From positions 64,001-128,000 of the forward strand of contig JBBRLQ010000011.1 of the NCBI GenBank assembly GCA_038231275.1: a stretch of DNA of 64,000 nucleotides. Reading direction: 5' to 3'. The translations under genes and the position numbers were made by a program. This document shows positions 39,862-49,729 of this stretch, one piece after another; position 1 is the stretch's first letter; each line of letters begins with the position of its first letter. The notes below the pieces were generated by a model that worked only from the letters and a program-made list of their open reading frames with translations, made no database searches and was not told where the DNA came from. Source of the DNA: Polyangiales bacterium (GTDB taxonomy: Bacteria > Myxococcota_A > Polyangia > Polyangiales > Polyangiaceae).

Positions 39862-40745
39862 CGCGCGGGACGCTCCTCGATGCGATCGGGCGAACCCCCA
39901 TGGTTCGTCTCGCGCGGCTCTCGCCGAACGTCGCCGTGAAGCTCGAGCTGAAGAACCCCGGCGGCTCGATCAAGGACCGGCCCGCGCTCGCCATGGTGCG
40001 CGCGGCGGAGGCGGCGAAGCGGCTCGCGCCAGGCGCCACGATCGTGGAGGCCACGAGCGGCAACACCGGCATCTCGCTCGCGATGATCGCTGCGGTGCGC
40101 GGCTACGCCTGCGTGCTCGTGATGCCCGAGGACATGAGCCTCGCGCGCCGGCAGGTCATGCGCGCGTACGGCGCCGAGATTCTCCTTACCCCCGCGGCGG
40201 AGGGAATGGCCGGTGCCGTCGCGAAGGCGGAGACCGTCGCGCGCGAGACGCCGGGAGCGTTCATGCCGCGCCAGTTCGAAAACGAAGCCAACCCCGCCGC
40301 CCACGAGGCCACGACCGCGCTCGAGATCCTGGACGACGCCGGGGACCAGATCGCGGCGTTCGTCGCGGGCGTCGGCACCGGGGGCACCATCACCGGCGTG
40401 GGTCGCGCCTTGAAGCGCGCGCGGCCGAACGCTCTGGTCGTCGCCGTCGAGCCGAGCGCGAGCGCAGTCCTGGGCGGCGGCGCGCCCGGGAGGCATCGTC
40501 TCCAAGGCCTGGGGGCCGGCTTCGTCCCGAAGATCTTGGATCTGCGCGTCGTCGACGAAATCGTGCCCGTCACCGACGCCGCCGCCGAGAAGATGGCCCG
40601 GCGCTGCGCCCGCGAGGAGGGGATCCTCGTCGGGCCGTCCACCGGCGCGAACCTCCACGTCGCGTGCGAGGTCGCCCTGCGTGTGAAGGGGCTGGTCGTG
40701 ACGATCGCGTGCGACGGTGGCGAGCGATATTTCGCAGACAAATAG
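39858..40745 (+). CDS. cysK: Cysteine synthase
   Basis: ATGA overlap; IGRTPMVRL, NPGGSIKDR, EATSGNTG, GVGTGGT, QGLGAGF, CDGGERY. Confidence 0.9.
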   Translation: MTRGTLLDAIGRTPMVRLARLSPNVAVKLELKNPGGSIKDRPALAMVRAAEAAKRLAPGATIVEATSGNTGISLAMIAAVRGYACVLVMPEDMSLARRQVMRAYGAEILLTPAAEGMAGAVAKAETVARETPGAFMPRQFENEANPAAHEATTALEILDDAGDQIAAFVAGVGTGGTITGVGRALKRARPNALVVAVEPSASAVLGGGAPGRHRLQGLGAGFVPKILDLRVVDEIVPVTDAAAEKMARRCAREEGILVGPSTGANLHVACEVALRVKGLVVTIACDGGERYFADK

Positions 40746-40749
40746 GCGG

Positions 40750-41529
40750 TCACTCGCCCTTGAACTGCGCCTCGCGCTTCTGAGACCACGCCATGATGCC
40801 CTCGAGCACGTCGGCGGTCTTGAGGAGCTTGAGCTGCCCTTCGCGCTCGCGACGGAGCGCGCCCTCGAGGTCACCCCAGCTCGCGTAGAGCGCGCTCTTG
40901 ATCGCGGCGAAGGCGAGAGGCGGACCGCTCTCGAGCTCGCGCGCGATCTCCATCGCAGCTTCCCGCACCTCGCTGGGCGGGACGACCTTCACGACGAGTC
41001 CGAGTGACGCGAGCTCCGTCGCTTCGATCTTCTGCGCCAGCAGGATCATCTGCATCGCGCGCGCCGTGCCGACGAGCCGCGGCAACCAGAACGTTCCGCC
41101 GCCGTCGGGCATGAGGCCGATCTTGACGAACTTCTCCTGCACGTACGCCGTCGTGCTGGCGACGCGCAGATCGCATGCGAGGGCGAGATCGGCGCCGAAC
41201 CCCACGGCGGCCCCTTCGAGGAGCGCGAGTGTAGGCTTTGGGCAGCGGACGACGGCGCGCACGAGCGCGTGGTACTCGTCCATGTACGCGTCGAGCTTGT
41301 CCATCATGTCGGGATCGTCCATGAGGTTCCGGCGCAAGTCGGCGCCGGCGCAGAAGTGACCGCCCGCGCCCGTGAGCACGACGCATCGAACGTCTGCGCT
41401 CGTGGCCGCGTCGGTCAGAGCTTTGGTCAGCGCCTGGATGACGCCGCGGGTGAGGGCGTTCCGCGCATCGGGGCGGTTCAGGGTCACGATCCGCGTACGC
41501 GCGCTGTCTTCGATCAGGACTTCGCTCAT
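40750..41529 (-). CDS. Enoyl-CoA hydratase/isomerase family protein
   Basis: TLNRPDARNAL, FCAGADL, GAAVGFGADLALACD, IGLMPDGG. Confidence 0.93.
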   Translation of the reverse strand: MSEVLIEDSARTRIVTLNRPDARNALTRGVIQALTKALTDAATSADVRCVVLTGAGGHFCAGADLRRNLMDDPDMMDKLDAYMDEYHALVRAVVRCPKPTLALLEGAAVGFGADLALACDLRVASTTAYVQEKFVKIGLMPDGGGTFWLPRLVGTARAMQMILLAQKIEATELASLGLVVKVVPPSEVREAAMEIARELESGPPLAFAAIKSALYASWGDLEGALRREREGQLKLLKTADVLEGIMAWSQKREAQFKGE

Positions 41530-41550
41530 GGGCGCGCAGTCTACAACAGG

Positions 41551-42684
41551 CTAAACGCGTCGCAGGCCTTCGGGCGGCTTCCGATAGAAATCGGAGGCGA
41601 GGTACGCGCGAACGGCGCGCGTCACCAAGATCTTCACGACGGCGCCCAGTGGGACGGCGAGCAAGACCCCGAGGAAGCCGAAGAGGCTCGCGGCGGCCAT
41701 CATCGTCACGAGCACTTCGAGCGGCGCGAGGCCGACGCTGCGGCCGACGATGCGCGGCGTGATCACCATCCCGTCGAGCACCTGCACGCTGCCCATCACC
41801 ATGATGACGCCGAACACCGGACCAGGCCCGTGCCAGTCGAGGATCGACATCGCCGTCGCCAGGACGAGCCCGGTCGCGAAGCCGATGTACGGCACGAAGG
41901 CGAGCATCCCGGTGAGCACGCCGATCGGCACCGCGAGGCGGATGTCGACGAGGCGCAACCCCGTCGCGTAGAGCGCCGCGAGGACGATGTTCGCGGTGAG
42001 CTGGCCGCGCACGTAGCCGCCGAGCGTGCGGTGGATCTGCTTGGCCACGTCGGCGACCGGCGGGTGCCAGCGCCTCGGAACCAGCTCGCCGACGCGGCTC
42101 ACGATGCGATCGAAATCGATGAGCAGGTACAGCGCGAACACCGGAACGATGAGCGCGCTCAAGATGACGGCGACGTAGCTCAGCGTGCCGAAGAGGGCCG
42201 ACGACGCGGCGGCCGCCATGTTGGGGAACTGGCTCTGGAAGCGCGCGCCGAGCTCACGCCCTAGCTCGTTCATCGTATGGGGCAGCCGCACGTGGAACTG
42301 TTGCCAGATCCATGGATCGACCCGCAGCTCGAAGCGCTTGAACTGCTCGGGGAAATCAGCCGCCGCGACGCGCAGCTCGTCGAGCAGCAAGGGGATGCCA
42401 TACATCACGAGCACCGTGAGAAGGCTGAGGATGCCGACCATGACGAGCATCGCGCCGAGCGTGCGCGGGACCTTCACCGCCTCGAGCCGATCGACGAAGG
42501 GATCGAGCGCGTAGGCCAAAAGGAACGCGAGGAAGAGCGGGACCAAGACGCCGCGGAGCAGGTACGCGAGGCCGATCGCCAAGGCGACGCCGAGGACCAT
42601 CATCACGCGGCGGAACGTCAGCGTCGTCTGCGGCGCGCGGGGCGGCTCCGGCGGGGTCGGGTGCAGCGGAACGGCTTCGCTCAT
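41551..42684 (-). CDS. AI-2E family transporter
   Basis: LAYALDPFVDRL, GYVRGQL, FVPYIG, PRIVGRSVGL, GFLGVLLAVP. Confidence 0.93.
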   Translation of the reverse strand: MSEAVPLHPTPPEPPRAPQTTLTFRRVMMVLGVALAIGLAYLLRGVLVPLFLAFLLAYALDPFVDRLEAVKVPRTLGAMLVMVGILSLLTVLVMYGIPLLLDELRVAAADFPEQFKRFELRVDPWIWQQFHVRLPHTMNELGRELGARFQSQFPNMAAAASSALFGTLSYVAVILSALIVPVFALYLLIDFDRIVSRVGELVPRRWHPPVADVAKQIHRTLGGYVRGQLTANIVLAALYATGLRLVDIRLAVPIGVLTGMLAFVPYIGFATGLVLATAMSILDWHGPGPVFGVIMVMGSVQVLDGMVITPRIVGRSVGLAPLEVLVTMMAAASLFGFLGVLLAVPLGAVVKILVTRAVRAYLASDFYRKPPEGLRRV

Positions 42685-42725
42685 GGCGTCCGTCCACTCT
42701 ACCCGAACGTGCTACAGGCAGGGAC

Positions 42726-43613
42726 ATGACCGACGCAAGCGGCACCTTGGCGGCTCCCTTGCCCCGATTCGACGAGGACGCCCCGCGACCGGTGCCTCCG
42801 CTCGGCGAGCAGGACGGGACCACGATCACGCGCCTCGTCGGCATCATGCGGCGCCTCCTTGCGCCCGACGGGTGCCCGTGGGATCGCGAGCAGACGTACG
42901 AGACCCTCCGCAAATACACGCTCGAGGAGGCCTGCGAGGTCATCGACGCGATCGAAACGAACGATCGCAAGGCCCACGTCGAGGAGCTCGGCGATCTCCT
43001 CCTCCAGATCGTCTTCCAGGCGGAGCTCGCGCGCGCCGAGGGATCGTTCGCGCTCGACGACGTCGTGAGCGGCATCGTCGAGAAGCTCGTGCGCCGTCAT
43101 CCGCACGTCTTCGGCCACCTCGACGTCACGACCGCCGACGAGGTGCTCCGCAACTGGGAGAAGATCAAGGCGGCGGAGAAGAAGGGGCGCGGCATCCTCG
43201 GCGGTGTCCCGCGCAGCTTGCCGGCCCTCACGCGCGCGCAGCGCATCGGGGAGAAGGTCTCGCGCGTCGGCTTCGACTGGGAGGACCCACACGGGTCTCG
43301 CGCGAAGGTCGACGAAGAGATGGGCGAGCTCACGCGCGCCATCGCGAGCGGCGACAAGGCGCACGTCGAAGAGGAGCTCGGAGACGTGCTCTTCGCGCTC
43401 GTCAACCTCGCGCGGCACGTCGACGTCGACGCGGAGGGGGCCTTGCGTCGAACGATCGACAAGTTCACGCGCCGCTTCGCGCACGTCGAGAAGCGTGTCC
43501 ACGAGAAGCACGACGGCTGGGGCGATCCGACCGAGCCGGGGCACACGACGATTCCGCTCACCGTCCTCGACGGCTACTGGGAAGAGGCGAAGAAGGCCGA
43601 ACGGGGCGGCTGA
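42726..43613 (+). CDS. mazG: Nucleoside triphosphate pyrophosphohydrolase
   Basis: GCPWDREQT, EELGDLLLQIVF, KLVRRHPHVF, GFDW, EELGDVLF. Confidence 0.96.
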   Translation: MTDASGTLAAPLPRFDEDAPRPVPPLGEQDGTTITRLVGIMRRLLAPDGCPWDREQTYETLRKYTLEEACEVIDAIETNDRKAHVEELGDLLLQIVFQAELARAEGSFALDDVVSGIVEKLVRRHPHVFGHLDVTTADEVLRNWEKIKAAEKKGRGILGGVPRSLPALTRAQRIGEKVSRVGFDWEDPHGSRAKVDEEMGELTRAIASGDKAHVEEELGDVLFALVNLARHVDVDAEGALRRTIDKFTRRFAHVEKRVHEKHDGWGDPTEPGHTTIPLTVLDGYWEEAKKAERGG

Positions 43614-43651
43614 GGCCGAGCGGGGCGCCGTCTGCTAAGCTGCGCCGCCCC

Positions 43652-45484
43652 ATGAAACGCCTCGCCCACGCGCTCGCTTGCTCGGCCGTCGCCACGATCT
43701 TCGGCTGCGCCGACGCCCTTCCGCCGAAGCTCCCCCCGCCGACGACCGCGACGCCGCACGAGGCCCCGGTCGCCGCCGTGAAGGAGGAGCGCCCGAGCGG
43801 CGCGTTCGAGCCGGAGCTCTTCCGGACGGCGATCGCGCAGAGCCTCGAGGCGTATTTCGTCGCGCGACCGCAGCGCGCGTCGCGTGTGGGCGAGCACCGC
43901 TTCGACCCGCAGTGGCCCGACGTCAGCGAGGCCGGCAGCGCGCGCGTGGCCGACGACTTTCGCGTGCGCGCACAGGGCCTGCGGACCATCGCGGCGATCG
44001 CGCCGGAGACCGCGAGCCCGGCCGACGCCGAGACCGATCACCCGCGCCTCGACGCGACGCTGCTCGCCGACGCGCTCGAGGCCGACGCGTTCGAGGCCAA
44101 GATGATCCGGCCCATCGAGCGCGATCCGTCGTGGATCGTCGGTCTCGTCGGCGACGGCGTCTCCTCCCTCACGTCGCACGCCTACGCGCCTGCGCACGAT
44201 CGGCTCAACGCTCTGGACGAGCGCCTCGCGCAGGTGCCGGCGCTCCTCAAGACGGCGCGCGAGCGGCTGAAGACGCCGGTGCGCGCGGGGGTCGAGGTGA
44301 TGCAAGTCGGCGCCGGCGCGCTCGCGAAGTCCTTCCGCGACGGCTACGCCAACGTCGACACGAAGGATCTCGCCGGCGACGTCGCGCTCAAGGGGCGCCT
44401 CAAGAAGAACGCCGAGGCCGCGGCGACCGCCCTCGAGACGTACGCCGCCGACGTCGTGAAACAGTTCCCGCCGGCATCGTTGCAAAATACAGGCATCGGC
44501 GCGGAGGCATGGTCGACGCTGGCGAGGCTGCATGACGGCGTCACCGAGTCGCCCGCCGAGGTCCGGAGAATGGGTGAGGCGGAGATCGCGCGCCTCACCG
44601 CCGAGCTCGACAAGGTCCTCGCCGAGTCGGGCAAGCCCGGCGAGACGCGCGCCAAGCTCCTCGCCCGCATGCAGGAGGACACTCCGAAGCCCGACAAGGT
44701 GCTCGAGGACTATCGCGCCGCCAACAAGGGCGTCGAGGAGTGGCTCCGCAGTCACAAATTCGTGACGGTGCCGTGGGACAGGGCCAAGCTCGCCATCGTG
44801 CAGTCGCCGCCGCACAAGCGCGGAGTCTCGTTCGCGAGCCTCAACGCCGCCGGTCCGCTCGACGCGATCAGCGACGCGCAGTTCGAGGTGAACATCCCCG
44901 ACGCCTCGATGCCGCCCGAGCGCCGCGCAGGGCTCCTCCACTTTCACGCCCATGGCGCGCTCGAGAACGTCAGCATCCACGAAGCGATCCCCGGGCACTA
45001 CCTCCACGCGCTCCACATTCGCCAGACCAGCTCCAAGGTTCGCAAGGTCTTCTGGAGCAGCGTGACCGGGGAAGGGTGGGCGCACTACTGCGAGCAGGCG
45101 CTCCTCGACGAGGGGTACACGACGGGCGATCCGGTGCGCATGCGTGTCTTCTACCTTCGGTCTGCGCTCCAGCGCGCCGCGCGCGTGGTCGTCGACGTCG
45201 GCTTGAACGACGGCTCGCTCACCTTCGATCAGGCTTTGAAGGTCCTCGAAGAGAGCGCGCTGCTCTCGCCCGAGGCCGCCAAGATCGAGGCGCGGCGCGC
45301 CGTCGTGTGGCCGGCGAACATGTACTCGTACACCTATGGCAAGCTCGCGATCCTGAAGCTGCGCGATCGGGTGAAGGCCAAAGAGAAGGAGCGCTTCGAT
45401 CTCGTCTCGTTCCACGATCGACTCCTCTCGCTCGGCTCGGTCCCGATTCGCTACATCGGCCCGACCGCGTTCGGGGTGGAGTAG
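43652..45484 (+). CDS. DUF885 family lipoprotein
   Basis: Lipobox IFGC; HEAIPGHY, EGWAHYCE, RAARVVVDVGL, SYTYGKL, FHDRLL. Confidence 0.88.
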   Translation: MKRLAHALACSAVATIFGCADALPPKLPPPTTATPHEAPVAAVKEERPSGAFEPELFRTAIAQSLEAYFVARPQRASRVGEHRFDPQWPDVSEAGSARVADDFRVRAQGLRTIAAIAPETASPADAETDHPRLDATLLADALEADAFEAKMIRPIERDPSWIVGLVGDGVSSLTSHAYAPAHDRLNALDERLAQVPALLKTARERLKTPVRAGVEVMQVGAGALAKSFRDGYANVDTKDLAGDVALKGRLKKNAEAAATALETYAADVVKQFPPASLQNTGIGAEAWSTLARLHDGVTESPAEVRRMGEAEIARLTAELDKVLAESGKPGETRAKLLARMQEDTPKPDKVLEDYRAANKGVEEWLRSHKFVTVPWDRAKLAIVQSPPHKRGVSFASLNAAGPLDAISDAQFEVNIPDASMPPERRAGLLHFHAHGALENVSIHEAIPGHYLHALHIRQTSSKVRKVFWSSVTGEGWAHYCEQALLDEGYTTGDPVRMRVFYLRSALQRAARVVVDVGLNDGSLTFDQALKVLEESALLSPEAAKIEARRAVVWPANMYSYTYGKLAILKLRDRVKAKEKERFDLVSFHDRLLSLGSVPIRYIGPTAFGVE

Positions 45485-45487
45485 GCC

Positions 45488-46669
45488 GTGGCGACGCACA
45501 CGAAGATGGGGATCGGCCCTCTCGCGCGCACGCCCGAGGAGTGGGCGCAGGCGGTCCTCCCGCTCGGGGGTCGCTCGTTCCACGGCAAATCCGTCTTCAA
45601 GTGGCTCCATGGCCGGGGGATCACGTCGCCCGAGGAAATGACCGATCTGCCCAAGTCGCTCCGCGCAAAGCTCACGGAGGCCGGCGTCGGCCCGGTGCTC
45701 GAGATCGTCCAGGAGCGCCGCGCCCTCGACGACACGCGCAAGCTCCTCGTCAAGATGAAGGACGGCGCGACCGTGGAGACCGTGCTCATTCCGGCAGTGA
45801 CCGGTGGTCGTAGCGATCTGCCGAACCCGGTGGAAGAGGACGCCGACGCCGCCGCGGCGGTCGACGACGAAGAGGAGAGCCCCGAGCCGGTCGCCGATGG
45901 ACCGGTGCGCGTCACGCAGTGCATCTCCACGCAGGTCGGTTGCGCGATGGGTTGCGTCTTTTGCGCCAGCGGCGTCGCGGGCCTGAAGCGCCACATGAGC
46001 GCGGACGAGATCATCGCCCAGGTGATCCTCGGCCGCTCGCGCCTCGACGAGGGCGAGCAGCTTCGCAACGTCGTCTTCATGGGAATGGGCGAGCCGCTCC
46101 ACAACTACGACGCGACGACGCGCGTGCTCCGTCTCCTCACGAACGCCGACGGCATCGGCCTCTCGTCGCGGCGAATCACGATATCGACGAGCGGCCTCGT
46201 GCCGGAGATTGCGCGCCTCGGCGAGGACTTCGCGGGCCAGGTCGGCCTCGCGATCTCGCTCCACGCCGCCGACGACGAGACGCGCACGCGCCTCATGCCG
46301 ATCAACAAGAAATATCCCCTCGCGACGCTCATGACGGCGCTGCGCGCGTATCCGCTGCCCAAGCGACGGCGAATCACGATCGAGTACACGCTCGTGGCGG
46401 GAAAGAACGACGCGCCGGAGGAGGCGAAGAAGCTCGTGAAGTTGCTGCGCGGCCTCCAGGTGAAGATCAACCTGATCCCGATGAACCCGATCGAGACCTC
46501 CACGCTCGGGCCGCCGGACCTTGCGGGCGTCCTCGCGTTCCAGCGCATCCTCTGCGACGCCGGGTATTCGTGCTTCATCCGCCGTCGCCGCGGGGACGAG
46601 GTGGACGCGGCGTGCGGGCAGCTCGCGATCCTCGGGGCGAAGCGCAAGGTGAAGGTCGACCGGAGCTGA
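45488..46669 (+). CDS. rlmN: 23S rRNA (adenine-C2) methyltransferase, radical SAM
   Basis: CISTQVGCAMGCVFC, FMGMGEPL, ISTSG, ISLHA, AACGQL. Confidence 0.95.
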   Translation: MATHTKMGIGPLARTPEEWAQAVLPLGGRSFHGKSVFKWLHGRGITSPEEMTDLPKSLRAKLTEAGVGPVLEIVQERRALDDTRKLLVKMKDGATVETVLIPAVTGGRSDLPNPVEEDADAAAAVDDEEESPEPVADGPVRVTQCISTQVGCAMGCVFCASGVAGLKRHMSADEIIAQVILGRSRLDEGEQLRNVVFMGMGEPLHNYDATTRVLRLLTNADGIGLSSRRITISTSGLVPEIARLGEDFAGQVGLAISLHAADDETRTRLMPINKKYPLATLMTALRAYPLPKRRRITIEYTLVAGKNDAPEEAKKLVKLLRGLQVKINLIPMNPIETSTLGPPDLAGVLAFQRILCDAGYSCFIRRRRGDEVDAACGQLAILGAKRKVKVDRS

Positions 46670-46697
46670 CCGCGGAAGTTGCTCTATGCTCCGGCCG

Positions 46698-47300
46698 GTG
46701 AAGCGGCTCGGCGTCTCGTGGACCCTGATCGCGCTCGGCGTCCTGTCGGCGAGGGACGCGCGCGCCGCGGACGCGCCGTCGTCCTCGGCGGCCCAGGAGA
46801 CGAAGACCGGGTATGTGCAGCTCTTCGCGACGGCGTTCGTGGGCGATGGGCTGCGGTTCAATAACCCGTACCGCCTCGCGACGCCGCTGGGATCGAGCGC
46901 AGAGAGCGTCTCGCGGACGGCGGCGTACACCGACGTGGGGCTCGGCGCGACGCTCGGATCGCCGACGTGGCTCCAGCACGGCCTCGCGCTTCGCATGTCG
47001 TTCGCGCTCGAGGGAGTTCGCCAGGCGGTGCTCACGCCGGCCTACCAAGTCTGGCGACGATGGACGAGCTGGGCCGTTTATGGTCGCGCCGGCGTTCCGA
47101 TCGTCCTGTCCCCGACGACGACGTGGGGCCTCGAGACGGGCTTGGGATGCGTGTACTTTCCACGCGCGGGCATCGGCGTCGCGGCGGAGATCGTGGGCGA
47201 CGTCTTCTACGGCGCGGGCACGCGGGAGGTCGCGACGCCGGCCTACCCGATCGCAAGCGGCCAGCTCGGCGTGATCGTCGCGTACGAGGTGCTCCCGTGA
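46698..47300 (+). CDS. Exported beta-strand-rich protein (possible small OM barrel)
   Basis: Signal peptide ...ARA/AD; alternating Gly/aromatic strands; start GTG46698 (7 nt after TATGCT) or ATG46686. Confidence 0.65.
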   Translation: MKRLGVSWTLIALGVLSARDARAADAPSSSAAQETKTGYVQLFATAFVGDGLRFNNPYRLATPLGSSAESVSRTAAYTDVGLGATLGSPTWLQHGLALRMSFALEGVRQAVLTPAYQVWRRWTSWAVYGRAGVPIVLSPTTTWGLETGLGCVYFPRAGIGVAAEIVGDVFYGAGTREVATPAYPIASGQLGVIVAYEVLP

Positions 47301-47677
47301 TTCGGCGAAGCACGCTGGCGGTCGGCGCCGGGCTCTTCCTCGTGCTCGGCACCGGCCCTACCGTCGGCGACGTCGGCGGGTGCGGGCGTACGGCGACCGC
47401 GCTCGACGAGGCCGCGTTCGCGCACGGGCGCAAGGTGGTCGACTGCCGGCGCTGCGGAGACTGCGGTCTCTCGACGGCGCGATGCCAGCGCGCGTGCGAC
47501 CTGAAGGCCCCGGGCGATGCCGTCTTCCCCACGACGTGCCGCCCACTTCGTCACGATGGCGAGGTGTGCCTCGACGCCCTCCTCGCGGCGTCCTGCAGCG
47601 ACTACGCCTTCTACGTCGACGACGGGTCGCGCGCCGTCCCGAGCGAGTGCGAGTTCTGCCGCGAGGCCACGCCGTGA
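47297..47677 (+). CDS. Small Cys-rich exported protein/lipoprotein
   Basis: GTGA overlap; hydrophobic N-terminus, VGGC, CRRCGDC...CQRAC...CEFC. Confidence 0.65.
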   Translation: MIRRSTLAVGAGLFLVLGTGPTVGDVGGCGRTATALDEAAFAHGRKVVDCRRCGDCGLSTARCQRACDLKAPGDAVFPTTCRPLRHDGEVCLDALLAASCSDYAFYVDDGSRAVPSECEFCREATP

Positions 47678-48642
47678 GCGTCCTTCGCGCGCTGATGGTC
47701 TCGCTCGCGGCCCTCCCGCTCGGCTGCGCGATGGGCCGGCAGCTCGTCGCCGGCGACGCGGATTTTCGGGACTACCGTGCGTTTCGGATGGCCGCCGCCG
47801 AGGGGCCGCGCCTCTCCCGCGCCTCCGCGTACCTCGACGTGCATCCCCAAGGCGAGTGGGCCCCGGAGGTCCGAGCCGCGTTCGACGCCGAGGAGCCGGC
47901 GTTCTTCGAGCGGTGCCAAGCGTCGCGTGAGACCGCGCGAGAGTACCTCGTCGATCTGCCGAACGGCCCGCACGCCGCCGCGGCGATGGCGCTGCTCGTC
48001 GAGTACTCGATGAAGGTCGAGGACCTCGCCACCGCGCGCCTCCTCCGCGACGCGCGCCGCACCGAGGCGAAGCTCGAGGCAGCGGCCGGTCGCCGGCGCG
48101 CGGTGGGGGAGGCGATCCTCACGGCGACCGGCGCGCTCCTCGCCGAGGGCGTGTATGGTACACGCATCGAGGATTCGCCGGCCGCGCTCCGGCGCGTGCT
48201 GGGCGGCGAGGCGGCCGTCTCGTGGGGAACGACTCCCGCGCGGCGCGACGCCGACTACTTCTTCGTCATCCCGACCCCCGAAGGGCGACAAGAGCGCGTC
48301 GCGACCCTCACGGTCCGCGTGGTCCTCGACGCTGGCGTGATCGTCGAGGGAAGGATCGAGGGTCTCGATCTGTTCGTGCGGTGGGACGAGTCCGACCTCG
48401 TCCGGCCCCTCGATGCTTCCGCCCCCAACCATCGCTCCGAGGCCGCGTTTCACGCGCAAGAGCAGCTCACCGGCGCGCTCGAGGCTCGCCTGCCTGCCGC
48501 GCGCTGCGGCGAGCAGCGGCGTCCCGGCGAGCTCGTGCATCGGGCGTGCGACGGATGGACCGCCACGGTCGCCTGGGGTCAGGTCGAAGGCGAGCCCGAC
48601 GTGGTCTCGATCCGGGGCCCGGCGCTCCAGAAAATGCGGTAA
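47674..48642 (+). CDS. Hypothetical lipoprotein
   Basis: GTGA overlap; lipobox PLGC; two YL..PxG.(W/H)A..A motifs. Confidence 0.7.
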   Translation: MSVLRALMVSLAALPLGCAMGRQLVAGDADFRDYRAFRMAAAEGPRLSRASAYLDVHPQGEWAPEVRAAFDAEEPAFFERCQASRETAREYLVDLPNGPHAAAAMALLVEYSMKVEDLATARLLRDARRTEAKLEAAAGRRRAVGEAILTATGALLAEGVYGTRIEDSPAALRRVLGGEAAVSWGTTPARRDADYFFVIPTPEGRQERVATLTVRVVLDAGVIVEGRIEGLDLFVRWDESDLVRPLDASAPNHRSEAAFHAQEQLTGALEARLPAARCGEQRRPGELVHRACDGWTATVAWGQVEGEPDVVSIRGPALQKMR

Positions 48643-48657
48643 GAGGGTGGCCCGTCG

Positions 48658-49599
48658 ATGATCCCGTACATTCACGTCCCGGACCTGAAGCTCTTCGGCC
48701 TGACGCTGCACCCGTTCGGGCTCCTCGTCGCCACCGGGGTCATCATCGGCACCGCCCTCGCGACCCGCCGCGCGCGCAAGCGCGGCTTCGATCTCGACAA
48801 GCTGAACTCGTTCATCACGTGGATGCTCGTCGCCGGCTTCATCGGTGGCCATGTCTTGGACGAAATCTTCTACCACCCCGACGAGATCCTGAAGCGGCCC
48901 CACTCGCTCCTCATGCTGTGGGAGGGGCTGAGCTCCTTCGGCGGCTTCACGGGCGCCTTCATCGGCATCGTGCTGTGGAAGTACCTCGGTCCTCGCAACG
49001 TCAAGGTCGGTCCCATCAACGTGCCGTGGGTCTACGTCCGCACCGAGCGGCAGCCCATTCTTCCGTTCGCGGACTTGATCCTGTCGGTCTTTCCCGTGGC
49101 GTGGATCTTCGGGCGGAGCGGCTGCACAGTGGTCCACGATCATCCGGGCGCGTTCGCGGCGCCCGACGCGATGTTCGCGGTGGCGTACGGGCGCGGGCCG
49201 AGCACGCACTACGGGCCGATCGAGCTCATCATGGGCAACCGCCCCCAGTACGATCTCGGCCTCCTCGAGCTCATGTTCACGATCGTCCTGGCGGGGATGA
49301 TCGCGCTCACGTGGCGACGCAAGCTGCCGACGGGCACCTACGTCGTCGTCACAGCGCTCGCCTACGCGCCGGTCCGGTTCGCGATGGACTTTCTCCGCGT
49401 CCACGACATCGACGGCGCCGATCCACGCTACGGCGGCCTCACGCCCGCGCAGTGGGAGTGCACCGCGCTCTTCCTCTTCGGCCTCTACATGCTCTTCCAC
49501 GTGCGCCGCATCGTGAAGACGGGCAACGATCCGGCCCGCTTCATCATGGCACCGAAGGAGCCAGCGCCCGCGCCCGAAGGCGACGCCGCGTCGGCCTGA
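48658..49599 (+). CDS. lgt: Prolipoprotein diacylglyceryl transferase family
   Basis: HPFGLLVATG, GLSSFGG, IFGRSGC, RFAMDFLR, GLTPAQW. Confidence 0.85.
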   Translation: MIPYIHVPDLKLFGLTLHPFGLLVATGVIIGTALATRRARKRGFDLDKLNSFITWMLVAGFIGGHVLDEIFYHPDEILKRPHSLLMLWEGLSSFGGFTGAFIGIVLWKYLGPRNVKVGPINVPWVYVRTERQPILPFADLILSVFPVAWIFGRSGCTVVHDHPGAFAAPDAMFAVAYGRGPSTHYGPIELIMGNRPQYDLGLLELMFTIVLAGMIALTWRRKLPTGTYVVVTALAYAPVRFAMDFLRVHDIDGADPRYGGLTPAQWECTALFLFGLYMLFHVRRIVKTGNDPARFIMAPKEPAPAPEGDAASA

Positions 49600-49729
49600 C
49601 CACGCCCACCTCGCACCGAGCAATGGCGCCGGTGGCGAGCACGGCACGGCGTGGCACACACGAACCGCACGAATTCTGCGGTTTTCGCGAGAGACGGGGT
49701 GGGCACGTCGCTTGCTCTAGCGGGGGACG

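Noticed and set aside
43574..47035. Very long antisense ORFs (1153 aa here; also 23656-26349, 27315-29876, 9041-11197)
   Set aside because: Shadow frames of real high-GC genes on the opposite strand; Arg/Ala-rich with no motifs
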